This document shows positions 11,951-25,034 of a DNA stretch of 64,000 bases, one piece after another (position 1 is the stretch's first letter; the number at the start of each line of letters is the position of its first letter). This DNA is from Vicugna vicugna (Eukaryota), in contig MU058769.1 in assembly GCA_013265495.1 (NCBI GenBank), positions 146,477-210,476 on the forward strand, in the 5' to 3' direction. The translations under genes were made by a program, and so were the position numbers. The notes below the pieces were generated by a model, which was not told the origin of the DNA, made no database searches, and was given only the letters and a program-made list of their open reading frames with translations.

Positions 11951-14094
11951 CGCAAAGCCTGTGCCCCAAGCCCTGTGCCCGCCTCCTCTCACAGAGCCCT
12001 CCAGCAGCCACCACCCAGCCATCAGACCTGGAACACAGAGCCCTCCTGTTCTTGTCCTGCACTCTCCCACCCCTCCAATACTGTTTGTACCTTGTATTTT
12101 ATCCTGCTTCTTTCCATGTTAACGTGTTTTTACAGCTCTAACATTGTCCCTCTATAACAGATTGCCAGTATTTTAATAAACTTGTTTCTAAAGGACAGAA
12201 GAATCTGAGCCTGGTCACCAACTGCATGGAGCACGCCCTGACCACTGTTCAGCCTCAGACCCGCTACTATGCTGGCTGGGACGCCAAGTGCTTCTCTCCC
12301 TCTGTCTTATTTACTGACACCAGTGACAGACTTAGTTCTTTGTCTTACTTCAAATTCAGTAAGGCCTGCTGATGCTGTGTAGTCTACAGTTTCAATCTAA
12401 ACACTTGATGCTACATGGGGGCAACGAGCCAGATTTTCCTCTTGAAAGGAGAAAGAACCAGAGGAACGTGTAACAGGTTCTCAGAGAGCATGCCATATTT
12501 TAGTTCACAAATTTCCATATTCATTTTCTCAAAAAATGCTTGGTGAGCACCTCCCATATTCCAGGCAGGGTTCTGGGTGCTAAAGACTCATCTGTACACC
12601 AAACAGGGCCCCTGCCTCATGGTACTCACATTCTAGCTGGATCACACAGTGTGGGATGACTGCACTGAGAGAATTATTAAAATGTAAAGGGTTACAGGGT
12701 CTCTTAACAACCTGGTGTAAAAGATGTGGGCAAGGTCACAGCTACTAATGAGAATCACACGTTATCAGTGGTGTTCTACTTTAGATGTACAGGTTTTTTC
12801 TAGCAGTGTTTTTAAAAAAAAAAACCAAAACCTTAGTTTTCCAAAAATTAAATAAGCTAATTACTAAATCAGTTTATTAAATAATTTAGTCCTCTTCCTC
12901 TAAACTTTTGAAATACCCAGACTTAACTACCTCTACCCAGACTCTCTGGCAGTGGATACCTCTTTCAGTGAAAGTGTTCCCCTAGTCCATGCTTTGGTTT
13001 TTGACTCCTGCTCTGCCCCATATCAACATCACTCTCCTCCCCTTCCTTTCAGCTCTGCCTGCTTCCTCCCCAGCTTTGGGGAGAGACGGCTGAGTGTAGG
13101 AAATCTGGCCTTCAGAGTCAAAAAGGGCTGTGGTCAGACCCCAGCTCTGCCACCTTCAACAGTGTAACTCTGGGCAAAGGTACTGCTCTGAGCTTGTTTC
13201 CTCATCTCTTAAAAGAGAATAATATTGTCCCATAGGTCAATGTCAAGAGTTCAAAGAGACAGTAGGCCAAGGTGCCTGGAAATGGGTCCTTCCTTTTCCC
13301 ACTGGAGCTATGCTTCAACTAGTCTAAAACTAACTGTTTCTCCTTGTGTCTCTCTTAGCAATTTCTAATAGCTTCATGCCTGGTACTCATCACACCATGC
13401 CCACATTTAAAAACACTTAGCTCATGTGATAACGCTCTGAGGCGGGCATCCCCTGATTATCCCTCCTTAACTAGTATGAAAACTGAAACTGAGAGGCTCA
13501 CTTCTCTGACTTCTGAGGATCCCTAGCTAAAGTCAGGGCAGGTCTCCTGACCCCAAGTCCCATCCGTGGCTGCCTAAATGGATTAACAGAACTCTGGTGT
13601 TATGCCAACATTTTCGTTCCTGCAGTGATAAAACCACAGTTTTCTCACAGTGAAAACTTATCTGATGCCTCATCCAGGCATGATCTTAGGTATTTCAAAG
13701 AGAAAACAACGTCTGTGCTGGAATTATTGCTATGTTTGGAGACGTGGGAATTTGCTTTCTTGGATAATATCTTCATCCTATCAAATTACTCCACTTTACA
13801 AATGAGAGTATATGATTTCTTGCTATCTTTGATTGCACTGGCCTGGTCCTAATAAAGTCGACAGTTGTTACAGAGCAAACTTTTGTCACCACTGTTGTGC
13901 CTTTCTTTTCAATAAGACTAGGTCTAAAATGGGGTATCCAACAAATCAAGCCATCATAAATAGATGGTCATATGTCAGGGTCCTCCTAAGTTGGAGATTT
14001 CCTATACAGATGAATATCACTACCATTTAAATAGTAAGCTAAGAGTCAAATGTATGAGATACATGATTTCACAGCCCTGAAAAACAGAGATGGC

Positions 14095-17000
14095 ATGACA
14101 CTGTATGTAGAAAACCCTACCGACTCCACACAAAAACTACTAGAGCTGATACATGAATTCAGCATGTAGCAGGTTACAAGATTAATACACAGAAATCTGC
14201 TGCATTTCTTTACACTAACACTGCAAAATCAGAAAAGGAAAATTTGTTTTAAATTCCTTTAAAAATCTTTAGTTGTGTTTCCTACTCACAGGATCATTCT
14301 ACATAACCACAATATCATAACGAGATTAACAGTGTTACTTTACTACCATCTAATCTCAGGCCCTGTTTACATTTTGCCCACTGTCCTAATATTGTTCTTG
14401 GCAGGCAAAATCCAGTTCAGAATCACATGTTGTTTATTTAGTTGTCATATCCCTTAATCTCCTTCAGTCTGGAACAGTTCCTCAGTCTTTTCTTGACTTT
14501 CATGACCAAAACATTTTGAAGATTACAGACAAGTTATGTTGTAGAACATCCCTCAGTTTGGTTGTGTCTGCGATTTCCTCAAGGTTGGATTCATATGTAC
14601 CTTTGGCAGGAATATCACACAGGTGCAGCTGCGTTCCTCTCGGTGCATCCCATCAGGTGTTGCATGATTTCAATCTGTCCTGTTACTGACAAGGTTCACG
14701 TTCATCACTTGATTCAGGTGTTGTCTGTCTTCTCTACTATAAAGTTGCGTTATTTCTCTTTGTAATTAGCAAGGGTTTTGTAGGGAGAGAACTGTGAAAC
14801 TATGAAAATATTCTATTACTTATTAACTAATTAGTATCAACATGAGCTCATGGTTTCCTATTTTATTCAATTGGTTATTTTCTACTAACTTCAACATTTA
14901 TTGATGCTCAATTTGTCATCTATTTAACAAGCAGGACCCCCTTCAAACCAGTTTCTGTTGGCTAAGTGTCATGTTCCCATCATCTGTGAGCATTTTCTTA
15001 CTTCCTGGCACAAAAATGTGTTCCAGACTCATTTTTTCACTTTCCCTGCATCAGCCCTGAAATCACTATCTTGTTTCTTTTTAGTGGATGATGGTATTTA
15101 AAAGCCAAGATCTGGATGCTAGCGGTTCTCATTGATATTGGAACGTTGCTGCACCCAGACCGTCTCAGTGAGAGAGTTAGGGAACAACAGGGAACAACTT
15201 CCTATTTTTCCCTTTCAGTTGGTTGGAGTGAAGACTTGATGATGTGTCAAACTGGACCACTCAACAAGGGCAACACTTAGAGATGCAGCAAGGTCTAAGG
15301 AGCCAGGATTTCTGACATCCTGAAGGTGCCATAGCACCCTGAACTGTTTATGCCCAAATGACTGTAGAGAGAGAAATAACTGTCTGAGTTAAACTACAAA
15401 TTGATACTTTAGACACCTCTTTTACAACCCAATCTACTCTTACAACCCAATCTAGTCTCGCATACCCAATGCAACTGCTAAGTACTGGTTACGGTAGGTA
15501 ATTGATCTTCTCTATTTGACTATCAAATTTATTTGCACAGTATATAGTTGAGAAAGCTTCCACCTGCTATTTCCACGTGCAATTTTGGGTTCTCTCTTAT
15601 AGGCATAGATCTTGATTCATTATTTTTCTGTTTTTATTTCTAAACTGGTGAAATTTACTTATTGTTTACTTTTTAATTGAGATTTAATTCACATACCATA
15701 AAATTCACCCTTTAAAACTGTACAGTTCAGTGGTTTTTAGGTTGTGTAACCATTACCACTAATTCTGGAACATTTCATCTCTCAAAAAAGAAATCCTGTA
15801 CCCATCAGCAATCATTTGCCATTCTCCCCTCTCTCAGCCCCTGGCAATCAAGAACTTACTTTCTGTCATTATGGATTTGCTTATTCTGAATGTTTCATAT
15901 AAATGGAATAATAGTGGGTGACCTTTTGTGTCTGGTTTCTTTCACTTAGTATATTTTCAAGGTTCATCCATGTTGTGGCAAGGAACAGTGCTCCATTCCT
16001 TTTTATGGCTGAATAATATTTCATTGTATAGCTATCCCACACTTAAAAAATCCATTTATCAATTGATGGACATTTGGGTTGTTTCTACTTTATAGCTATT
16101 ATAAATAATGCTGATGTGAACTTTGTGTATAAGTTTTTGGGTGAGCATGTTTTCAGTTCTCTTGTATATGTATCTAGAAGTGGAATTGCTGGGTCATATG
16201 GTAACTTTATGAACTTTTTGGTGAACTGTCCAATTGGTTTTCAAAACAGTTGCACCATTTAGTGCAATTAACTTTACTGAATGTTTTATTTGGCCAAATT
16301 CCCTAAAATTGTATATGTTTGTGGTATTTAATTTTCTTAGCTGTTAAAGCATTATTTGGCTTTGGATTTCATCCCTGATCTAGAGAATATCTTAATACAT
16401 TTTCGGTGGTTGGGTTTTCCAATTCTCCTCTGTTGTTCACTTTAAGACACTGTACGAGTAAAATACGCTGCCTTTAAGTTTTTTGGAGTGCATCTTTGTG
16501 TCCTAGTATATGATCAAATTTGTGACATCCATATATTCTTGAAAATAAATGGCAATTCTTTGTCCTATTTATTGTAATATATAACTTTTGGGCATAAACA
16601 AAAACCCTAGAGTGTATAACAGATTCTTCATTGAAAATGTTGCTTACTAAATATCATGATTTGATAGTCAAACATTGATATCTTTAATTATTTTTCTATC
16701 TGTCTCTGCTTTCTTCTCATTCTTCTCCTCTTTATAAATTGTATTTTGTATCTAGATGTTCAGGATCATTAACTTTTTGTTAAGTTATTTTTATCATGAT
16801 TGAGTGTTTTTTTTTAATGATTTAGCTCTGAGATTTGACATTGTGTTGATAATTTTTTTTTTTTGAGCAGAGAAAGGTTTATTGCAGGGCTGAGCAAGGA
16901 GGACAGGGTGGCTCGCACCCAAGAAAACCCTGAATTCCTACGTTGATAATATTTAATTTTCCTAAATTATACTGACATGATAGATCTTAGGTCTCTATCT

Positions 17001-19950
17001 ATTTGAGAGATTTTTTTTTTAACTACCCTCCATTTTTCTGGTTGTTGACTCTCTGTTCAGTTATGTAATTTCTATAGTGGACTTTGACCTCATTTCTCTT
17101 GTAGCACGAGTATAAAATAGTCTTTTCTAAACCACATGTTATTCCATGTCAACATCAAATATTTAAAAATCATCATCATATTACTTCTGTAACTGATTAT
17201 ACTATCTAAGCAACCTTTGACTTTATTTCCAGAGGCTATAAAGAGCAGAGATATTTTTGCCAGCTAGCCTCCTAGCCAATCTGGAGCCTCACGTGTCAAT
17301 TACAGCCTGGTAGATAGCATGTATGGGCTGCTCTCAGAAGCTCAGCTCTGTATGTAACCTCTCTGACAAAGCCTTTTGGCAGTGAACACTCATCCCTCTC
17401 CCACAGGTATTTTACAATCTTTGAGATACAGGCACTGTGAGCTGCCATTTAGAGGAAGATGAATGTCAAGATTTCTTTGCTCAGTCCCAACTAAGGAGGC
17501 TGGCTTTATCCAGAAACTCTGTTTGCCCTGAAACAAGGTGTTAACCTTAAGCACATAAGCTGCTATCTCTTTTAATTCAGTTAAGTTTTACATCTTTAAT
17601 TTCTTAAACTCTAAAATTGTTCACCTGTTTCTGCATTGTTTAAACATATTTTGCCTACTTAATTTTTGTATTTCTGATCGTATTGTATATTTTATGTCTA
17701 ACCAGCAGAAATTTCCTTATTATTAATCATTTCTTCATTTTAACTGTTTTTTTCTATTTAACAATGTTTTTGTTCTCTGAATTCAATAATCTTATGTTTA
17801 TCTTTTTATTTATTATAATTATGATCAACATGCTAAGCTTTAACTTCTATATATGTAATCTTTAGTATTTTATTTTCCCTTTGATTTAAAAAGTACTTTT
17901 TACCATTTTAATTCCCTTTTAATTTTGCTTTCTTTTATCTTTATTGCTCAGAGTATTTGCTATTTTAATTTTAGACTCTTTGATTAACTAAATTAATAAA
18001 TTTTATAATTTCTTAATCTTTGTTGGTGTTGAGAAATCTCTTTTATTTTTAATTAATTTTATTATTTATTGTTAAGGAGTGGTTCTGGTTTTTTAATTTA
18101 AAATTTTTTTCCAGCTTAATGAGATATAACTCATTACATATATCTGTGTTCATTTAAGGTGCATAACATGATTTAATAATGTAAATAATGTGAAATGATT
18201 ACCACTAAAGTTTGTTAACACCTCCATTACTTTACATAATTATCATTTGTGTGTGTGGTCAGAATATTTTAAATCTATTTTTAGCAACTTTCAAGTATAC
18301 AATACAGTATTTTTAACTATAGTTACCATGCTGTACATTAGATTCCCCTCATTTATTCTTCTTGTAAGTGGAAGTTTGTACCCTTTGACAAACATCTCCC
18401 CATTTCCTACACCCCCACTAGCCCCCAGCAACAACCATTCTACTGTTTCTGAGTTCAGCTTTTTTAGATTCTACATGTAAGTGATATCATATTGTATTCG
18501 TCTTTCTGTGACTTATTTCACTTAGCATAATGCTCTCAAGGTCCATTCATGTTGTCATGAATGGCAGGACCTCCTTTTTTTAATAGCTAAATAACATTCC
18601 ACTATGTGCTGTGTGTACACGTGTATGGGTGTATATACATCACATTTTCTTTATCCATTCATCCATCAGCAGACTCTTAGGTTGTTTTCAATCCACTAAA
18701 ATGTCAGTAAGTACCTTTTAAAATAAGACACTAAAACCACAAGAGCTATGAGAAGACTCCTATAGCACTGCAATTTTAGAAGACAGAAAGCAAATGGAAA
18801 GAGGTGAATGATTTAGCAGAATTGATAATGTTGAGTAACAAGCCAGCAATGGGGGACCTAAGAAGCAACTCTGTTCAGCTGAAGAGTTCCTAAAGGCTCA
18901 AAAATTGAAGCACCAGATAGCTCTGGAATTAGGGGTAAACAAGGGACTGAGCAAAAGATTGTTTGAAAGCCTATTTAGGAAACAGACCATTGAATCCCCT
19001 CCCAGACATGTACAGCAATTGTTCCTCTCACACCAGGGAAGAGAGGGTGTAGATACAACAATATAAAGATACAGCAGTGAGTAACTAGATGAGAGTGGGA
19101 TCAGGCATTTGGCAGAGCTGAGGGTACATATATTGTGTATGGAATGCACCTAAAGAGACTCATAAAACAGAAGGTGGGCCCAGCCTTCTTCCTGTATTTA
19201 GCAACCAAAATGGTGGCAGCCAGGCATATGCCCTCCAGGTGGGAGACTGGAGGAACTTCCCTAGGGAATCTGACAAAGGCAAGGGGGGGATTAAAAACAG
19301 CCTAGAACACTGATATCAGGTATCCACTGAAACAGTCCAGTCAGAGCAAAAATAGCAAATAGGGTAACTGACAAGGAACACTAATCTATAGTTCTTTAGT
19401 TCCCCACTCCTCGGTGTGAGCAAATAGCTCTCAGATTGGAGCTAGTCCAGAGGCTCCAAGTAATCATGCTGGAAGATAAAAGTACAGACTGCCTAACATG
19501 TTTGAACATATTCGGGGGTGACTTATAAAACAGGGGGTGGAGAGGGAGAAGGGAGAAAGGTCAATTTAGGGGTAACACATCAGAAACTAAGCAAAGGTAA
19601 TTTTAACTCTAGAGAAAATAAAATGTGTAAGGCATCAAGAGTAATTGTTTACACAAATCAGCATACTGCCAACACTGAGTATCAATCTGGCCAAATTTCT
19701 GCAAGGATGAGGGTGACTGGAATGTACCTGGGGATGGAGTCGGAGTGGTGTCAAAACAGGTTCATCTCAACCCCCCATAGAGAAACCAATGGAAAATACC
19801 CCAATCAAAAACAAGCAACGTAAGCATGTTATTTACTTAAACAGAAGTAAATACCACAATAACTGACTAAAAGAATCCAAAAGGTTGTCCTCAGTAGCTC
19901 TTTATATCAGTGCCCATATCATTTTTTTTTAAATTATAAATCTTGTAAAA
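14095..19950. mobile_element. Block of old LINE-1 (L1M-type) fragments in mixed orientation
   Basis: ORF2 piece at 14095-14240 (+), antisense 3' ends at ~14270-15180, 15670-16260 and 18100-18690, and a probable 5' portion at ~18700-19950. AT-rich. Confidence 0.6.
16854..16941 (-). mobile_element. Retroposed polyadenylated LTR-like fragment with TSD
   Basis: Minus strand ...CCCTGCAATAAACCTTTCTCTGCTC-poly(A). Flanked by GTTGATAAT at 16845-16853 and 16942-16950. Confidence 0.65.
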
Positions 19951-20789
19951 ACAAACATGACAATTTAGAAAGGAATGACATAGGGAGAGGGTACTCTTAT
20001 TTCTGTAAGTAGCCATCTGTTGCAAAGACTAAAGCTGTGGTTTGGGGGAAATATCAAAAGGATAAAGAAGAAAATAGAAGGCACTAGAATCTCACCATCC
20101 AAAGACAATTGCTATTAAAATCTCAGCTAAGATTCAGTGTAATTCCTCCAAGCCGAGCATTTAACCTAGCACATTTCTGTGGCAGCCCAAGATTCAACTA
20201 AACAAAACAAGCATGAACTGAGCACCTACTATGTGCTAGGTATTAGGTACTAAGAACATGGAGACAAAGATACACAGTCCCTGTCCTTTAACTCTCTCAC
20301 AGGTCAGACTTACTCTAATAGAGCTAGAAGGAACATGGTATTTTAATTGCCTCGAGAAGTCCCTCTCCTTCATATTAACAAACACTGAACTTAGTCAGCT
20401 TAATCTCTGTAGCTCCAAAAGTTCTAAAAGGAGAAGAAACTTCACCAAGGCCAGTAACACATCTTCAAAACGAAACACACTACAGCCTAATCAGGAATCT
20501 ACCAAATTTAATTCTTATTATACATTTGCCACCAGCACGAAACGTCAAGTGCTTACAGCCCTTACTTGGGCTGAGGTAACTAAGGGTGACCGTTATCCTC
20601 ACTGTGGTTTTGTCACTGGCAAAGCCCATGAACAATTCAGGAAATAAAAACAGAAGCTGGATAATAAAATAAAGTCTAACCTTTTTTTTTCGCCCTTTGA
20701 GCTTCGTCTTGTTTCACTTATGCAGAGGGTGTCACGGGCAGAGGCCTTGCAGCCGGCACCTCAGACTAGAGTTTCTAGTGCAAAGCAAA

Positions 20790-20896
20790 NNNNNNNNNNN
20801 NNNNNNNNNNNNNNNNNNNNNNNNNNNNNNNNNNNNNNNNNNNNNNNNNNNNNNNNNNNNNNNNNNNNNNNNNNNNNNNNNNNNNNNNNNNNNNNN
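20790..20896. other. Assembly gap (N run)
   Basis: 107 Ns. Confidence 1.
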
Positions 20897-21080
20897 TCGC
20901 TCCGTGTGCCGCGCGCAGACGCGCCCGGCTTCCGCCACTCAAGATGGCGGCAGCGGGCTGAGTGCAGAGCGGCGGCGCCCCGCCCCGCGGCCCGGAGCTG
21001 TGGGCGGGGCCGCTCCGCCCCTCCCCGCGGGGAGATCGCACAGCTTCGCTGCCCTCGGCCTGTCCGGGAGCGCATGCATG
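20897..21080. promoter_or_regulatory. CpG-island promoter-like element (YY1, ETS, Sp1 motifs)
   Basis: CpG-dense segment with CAAGATGGCGGC (YY1 consensus) at 20940-20951, CTTCCG just before it, and several GGGCGG/CCGCCC boxes. Left part is lost in an N gap. Confidence 0.7.
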
Positions 21081-21869
21081 CTAGAGGAAAAGCTCCAACC
21101 CCTCCACTTTCTGAACCAAACTCAGTCTCGTCTTGTTCGCTCTAAAGACGCTGGGCAGAAGGATCCTTATTGCTCGGACTGACTCAAGAGGGTGGGTAAC
21201 AGCTTCACTACAAACCTGGGGCAGGGCAATGGCCTGATGACCCCAGCTGGTTTATTTCTCCCAGCTTTATAATCCTAATAAGAAAATTAAATCCTGCACA
21301 TTCTTAAACCCAAATGTGTCAAGAAAGCCAAAGCATTGACTTATCCCAATCTGACTGAAGGGAAAAATTAAACAAGGCAAGCAGGTGAGAGAATGTTTTG
21401 CCTGGAGCTGTTTATTGGCGTTGGACTCCAGCCTTTTGAGTCCACCACTCTGAAGTTGCAATCCTGTGTGAATGAAGAAGGGCGGTGGGCAGCATCCTAC
21501 ATGTCTCTGGAGCCTGACAGCTGGGGTTGAAACCCTGTTCTCCTCTCACTCAGTTCTTCATCTGTAGAATGGAAATGTTAATAACAGCAAACTGTTGTTA
21601 AGGAAAATTAAGTGAGTTAGTGTTTGTAATGCACTTGATGGGTGCATTTCCTGGTTAATGGAAATAAATCCTGTTTGAATGGACTCAAATCAAAGTCTGT
21701 GCCCTTTACTACTCACCTAAGATTACAGATTTAAGAGTTAGCGAACCATTTCTTCCATTCTTTATTGCTACCTTCTTAACAAGCTGCTGGTTGGCTTTCT
21801 TTCCCAACCAATTCATGAGGAATAAGCTACTCCACAATTAGATTAGATGGCAATATATCTTACTAGATG

Positions 21870-22040
21870 TTAGACATAGTTTTAGTCATTTTGTGCACAT
21901 CATCTTTTAATCTTCAAAGTCATTTTACAGTTAAGAAAACCAAGGCACAGAGAAGTTAAGTTTCTTGCCCAAGTTTACATAGGTGGTAAGTGTTGGAGCC
22001 AGGATTCAATCCTAGATAAGCTAGCTCCAGGCACCACGTG
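21870..22040. mobile_element. MIR SINE (representative; others near 11500, 13150, 29900, 37950, 39300, 63900)
   Basis: cattttacagttaagaaaaccaaggcacagagaagttaagtttcttgcccaag…ggagccaggattcaa, the MIR core. Confidence 0.7.
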
Positions 22041-24596
22041 CTTCACCGTCAAAATGGGCAGCCCCTCAGACAGCATGCTGTGTTAGGAATAACATGCAAC
22101 TTTAAATGCTGCTCATCTTCTTTCTGTCTCTGCTATGAACAGAAAGCAGTTATTCCCCAAGCCTCAACAAGACTCACCAGTTCCCTATATGATGGCGTTT
22201 CTGTTGGCCACACAGTCACCAACTTCTTCCCTACCTGAACTTTCCTTTCTACTTCCATATAAGTTAGTTTTATTCCACCAAAAGATCAGAACCTACTGAT
22301 TCTGAATTCTACATTCACCAGATTCATAGCCAAAGTACAGCAAAGAAAAGTCAGCAGGGAGGTAAACTGGACTCCTGCCTCAGGCTGAACCTCACTGGTG
22401 GGCTCTGATGCTAAAGGGTCCCTCAGTCAGTTCTGTGTTTCTGCTTTGCTGGTCCTTATATCCAGTTCCAGCTCTAACCCAAGAAGATCAAACTCTGGAG
22501 GAGGCTGATTTACAAACCAAGATCCCAGTTTCCAGGGGAAACTATTTCTGGGTATTAAAGCTATGGAGGGCATTATCATAGGGCTTATTCTAGGTAAGAC
22601 CTAGAACACCTGGAGTCTCTATCATTGATCAGAAGGTAGTTTAGTGACGATAGTTTTAGAGCCAAAGGAATGAGATGCTTTTAAAGAATATCTCCAACAA
22701 GTTAGTACACTTAGTTACTTCCCTCTCTCGAGACATCCTAGGACTTTGGGGTCCTGAGGAACAGCAGCAGCCCTCAGGGCCAGAGCAGCTTCTCTCCAGG
22801 GTGGGGCAGCAGACCATCTGGAATGGCTCTCCTCTTTGGCTGTCTTCTCCTAGGCTCCATGGAACCTGTCACCCCTCTGTCAGAACCCTGCCATACTCTT
22901 GTGGCAGCTTCTGTAATGTCTGCATGTAATGTACACAAATCACATTCCAGGCTTGCTTTACTGAGGACTTGTCTCACCCAATTAAAACTCACTAGTTTCT
23001 TGTAACGCTTCACAGTGACACTAGCAAACTATCTCTTGGGTAGGGTAACTTCTAGTGACTCACCTCACATTCAGAGAGTGACATTATTTCTAACTTTATT
23101 TCCAAATTCTGAGATCATCTCCCCACTTACAGCCAGTTAACTAGGGAGTCTACATTTACAAGGGAAATGATAAGATACGATTGTGGTGATTTGCAGAAGA
23201 GGGGAGAAAAGAAGGAAAGGAGGACTCCGTGGTTGAATTAAACTTGTTTAATTACCAGTGATTGATTGTTTGTTTGTTTATTATTCTGACTAAAGGTTTA
23301 TCATTTTCATATATTTTTCAAAGAGTTAAAAGAACACCACGTTGAGAAAAATCATTTTTAAATATTGCAATAATTCTACTCTATATACATTAACACCAGT
23401 CACTTAACTCTGAAAAGATTCTTTGTGTGTACAACGTAAAAAAAATTTTGACAGTATGTGACTAGAAATCTTCCATTACCATAAAGCTACAAACATTTAC
23501 GCTCCTAAGAGCAAAGTTAGAAAAGCAAAAATAATCATTATAACAGCGATAAGCACCAAGACGGAACTTTTCTGCACTTAGGGCCTGATTGGTTTTATAT
23601 AAACATAACCTCTACCAACAAAGGAGCAAAGTAACATCTTATTTGGCAAAAACAAAACAAAACAGATAAAAATATATATACAGAGGTCTGGAAACAGTGA
23701 AGAATGCCCACTTTAAAGCAATAAAAATCAGTCATACTTGTTTTTTAATTAATGTGATATTTGCAAAATATATCCATGTCCATGTTTCTTCCTTTTTAGT
23801 TCACTTTATACAACTCAGACAGCTCCATCTTTGTTAATGTGCTGTCACACTAGTGTAAATAGACATGCTGAACTCCCTGAGTTCAGCTACAGCAGTAAGG
23901 AATCCAAACCATCAGAGCCAGATCAGTAGCGCAAACAATCTTGGTTGCAACTCATTTCAACTGATGAAACAGATTATCTTCATAATTTTTGAAAACCTTA
24001 GCCAGATGAGATATTGTTTGTATGTGATATTGTGTGTGTGTGTGTGTACATATATAAGTTTGCCAGACCAGTGTGACCCAGAGAGAAAAGTGACATACAA
24101 ACAACTGTACACAATGGCCCGAAAGACATGGGCAGCCAGACACTGAATTTCCCCCCAAAACAAATCTGAGGCCAAGCAATGGGGGAATTAAGTGACAGGT
24201 TTGGAAAGTGAAGCCTAAGTCAGGATGCCTCGCCATAACATTCCCACGACACTGGAGGATGTGAAGCAGTGACAGGGATCAGGGATCGACTCTGGCTGCA
24301 CTTGGATGATTCCCTGGGTCTGCAGCTGAGGATCCCTGGAACTTCCCCCAAAGGGCATTGCAGTGGCCTCTGACAGTGGCCCTCCACCTCTTCAGTGAGA
24401 AAGTCTCAGGGATCTCAGCGTCTAAGCCTGGGTATCCCATCCTTCTGGTCTCAGTACAGATACCATCCCTTCTAGAGACTTGGCCAAAAATCATCTACCA
24501 GTGATTATTTATTGCAATAACTTTAAAATTTGTACTTATTTTGTTTGCCTTGGCTTAAAAAACAAAGTGTTATCTGTTGTTACAAGAATGACCTTC

Positions 24597-25034
24597 GATC
24601 CATCAATAGGTGACTGGATAAAGAAGATGTGGCATATTTATACAATGGAATACTACTCAGCCATAAAAACTGACAACATAATGCCATTTGCAGCAACATG
24701 GATGCTCCTAGAGAATGTCATTCTAAGTGAAGTAAGCCAGAAAGAGAAAGAAAAATACCATATGAGATCGCTCATATGTGGAATCTAAAGACTCATGGAC
24801 AGAGAATACAGACTTGTGGTTACCAGGGGGGTAGAGGGTGGGAAGGGATAGACTGGGATTTCAAAATTGTAGAATAGATAAGCAAGATTACACTGTATAG
24901 CACAGGGAAATATACACAAAATGTTATGATAAATCACAGAGAAAAAAATGTGACAATGAGTGTGTATATGTCCATGAATGACTGAAAAATTGTGCTGAAC
25001 ACTGGAATTTGACACAACATTGTAAAAAAAAAAA
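24597..25034 (+). mobile_element. 5'-truncated half-L1-type 3' fragment with 13-bp TSD
   Basis: Encodes [74 protein letters not shown] at 24584-24596 and 25035-25047. Confidence 0.85.

Larger units (their letters stand above)
9751..12382 (+). pseudogene. Divergent SDR9C/RDH-family unprocessed pseudogene (exons 2-4)
   Basis: Exon 2 (9751-10007): [10 protein letters not shown]..., 2-nt deletion in the catalytic Tyr codon, GC donor. Exon 3 (11151-11311): RELCPFAVHVAITAPGKFKT..., AG/GTAAGT intact. Exon 4 (12161-12382): [13 protein letters not shown]...GWDAK, frameshift, ends RPADAV*. Confidence 0.9.

Noticed and set aside
15422..15458. 18-bp tandem duplication (ttacaacccaatcta…)
   Set aside because: Ordinary micro-duplication within old repeat sequence, not an array.
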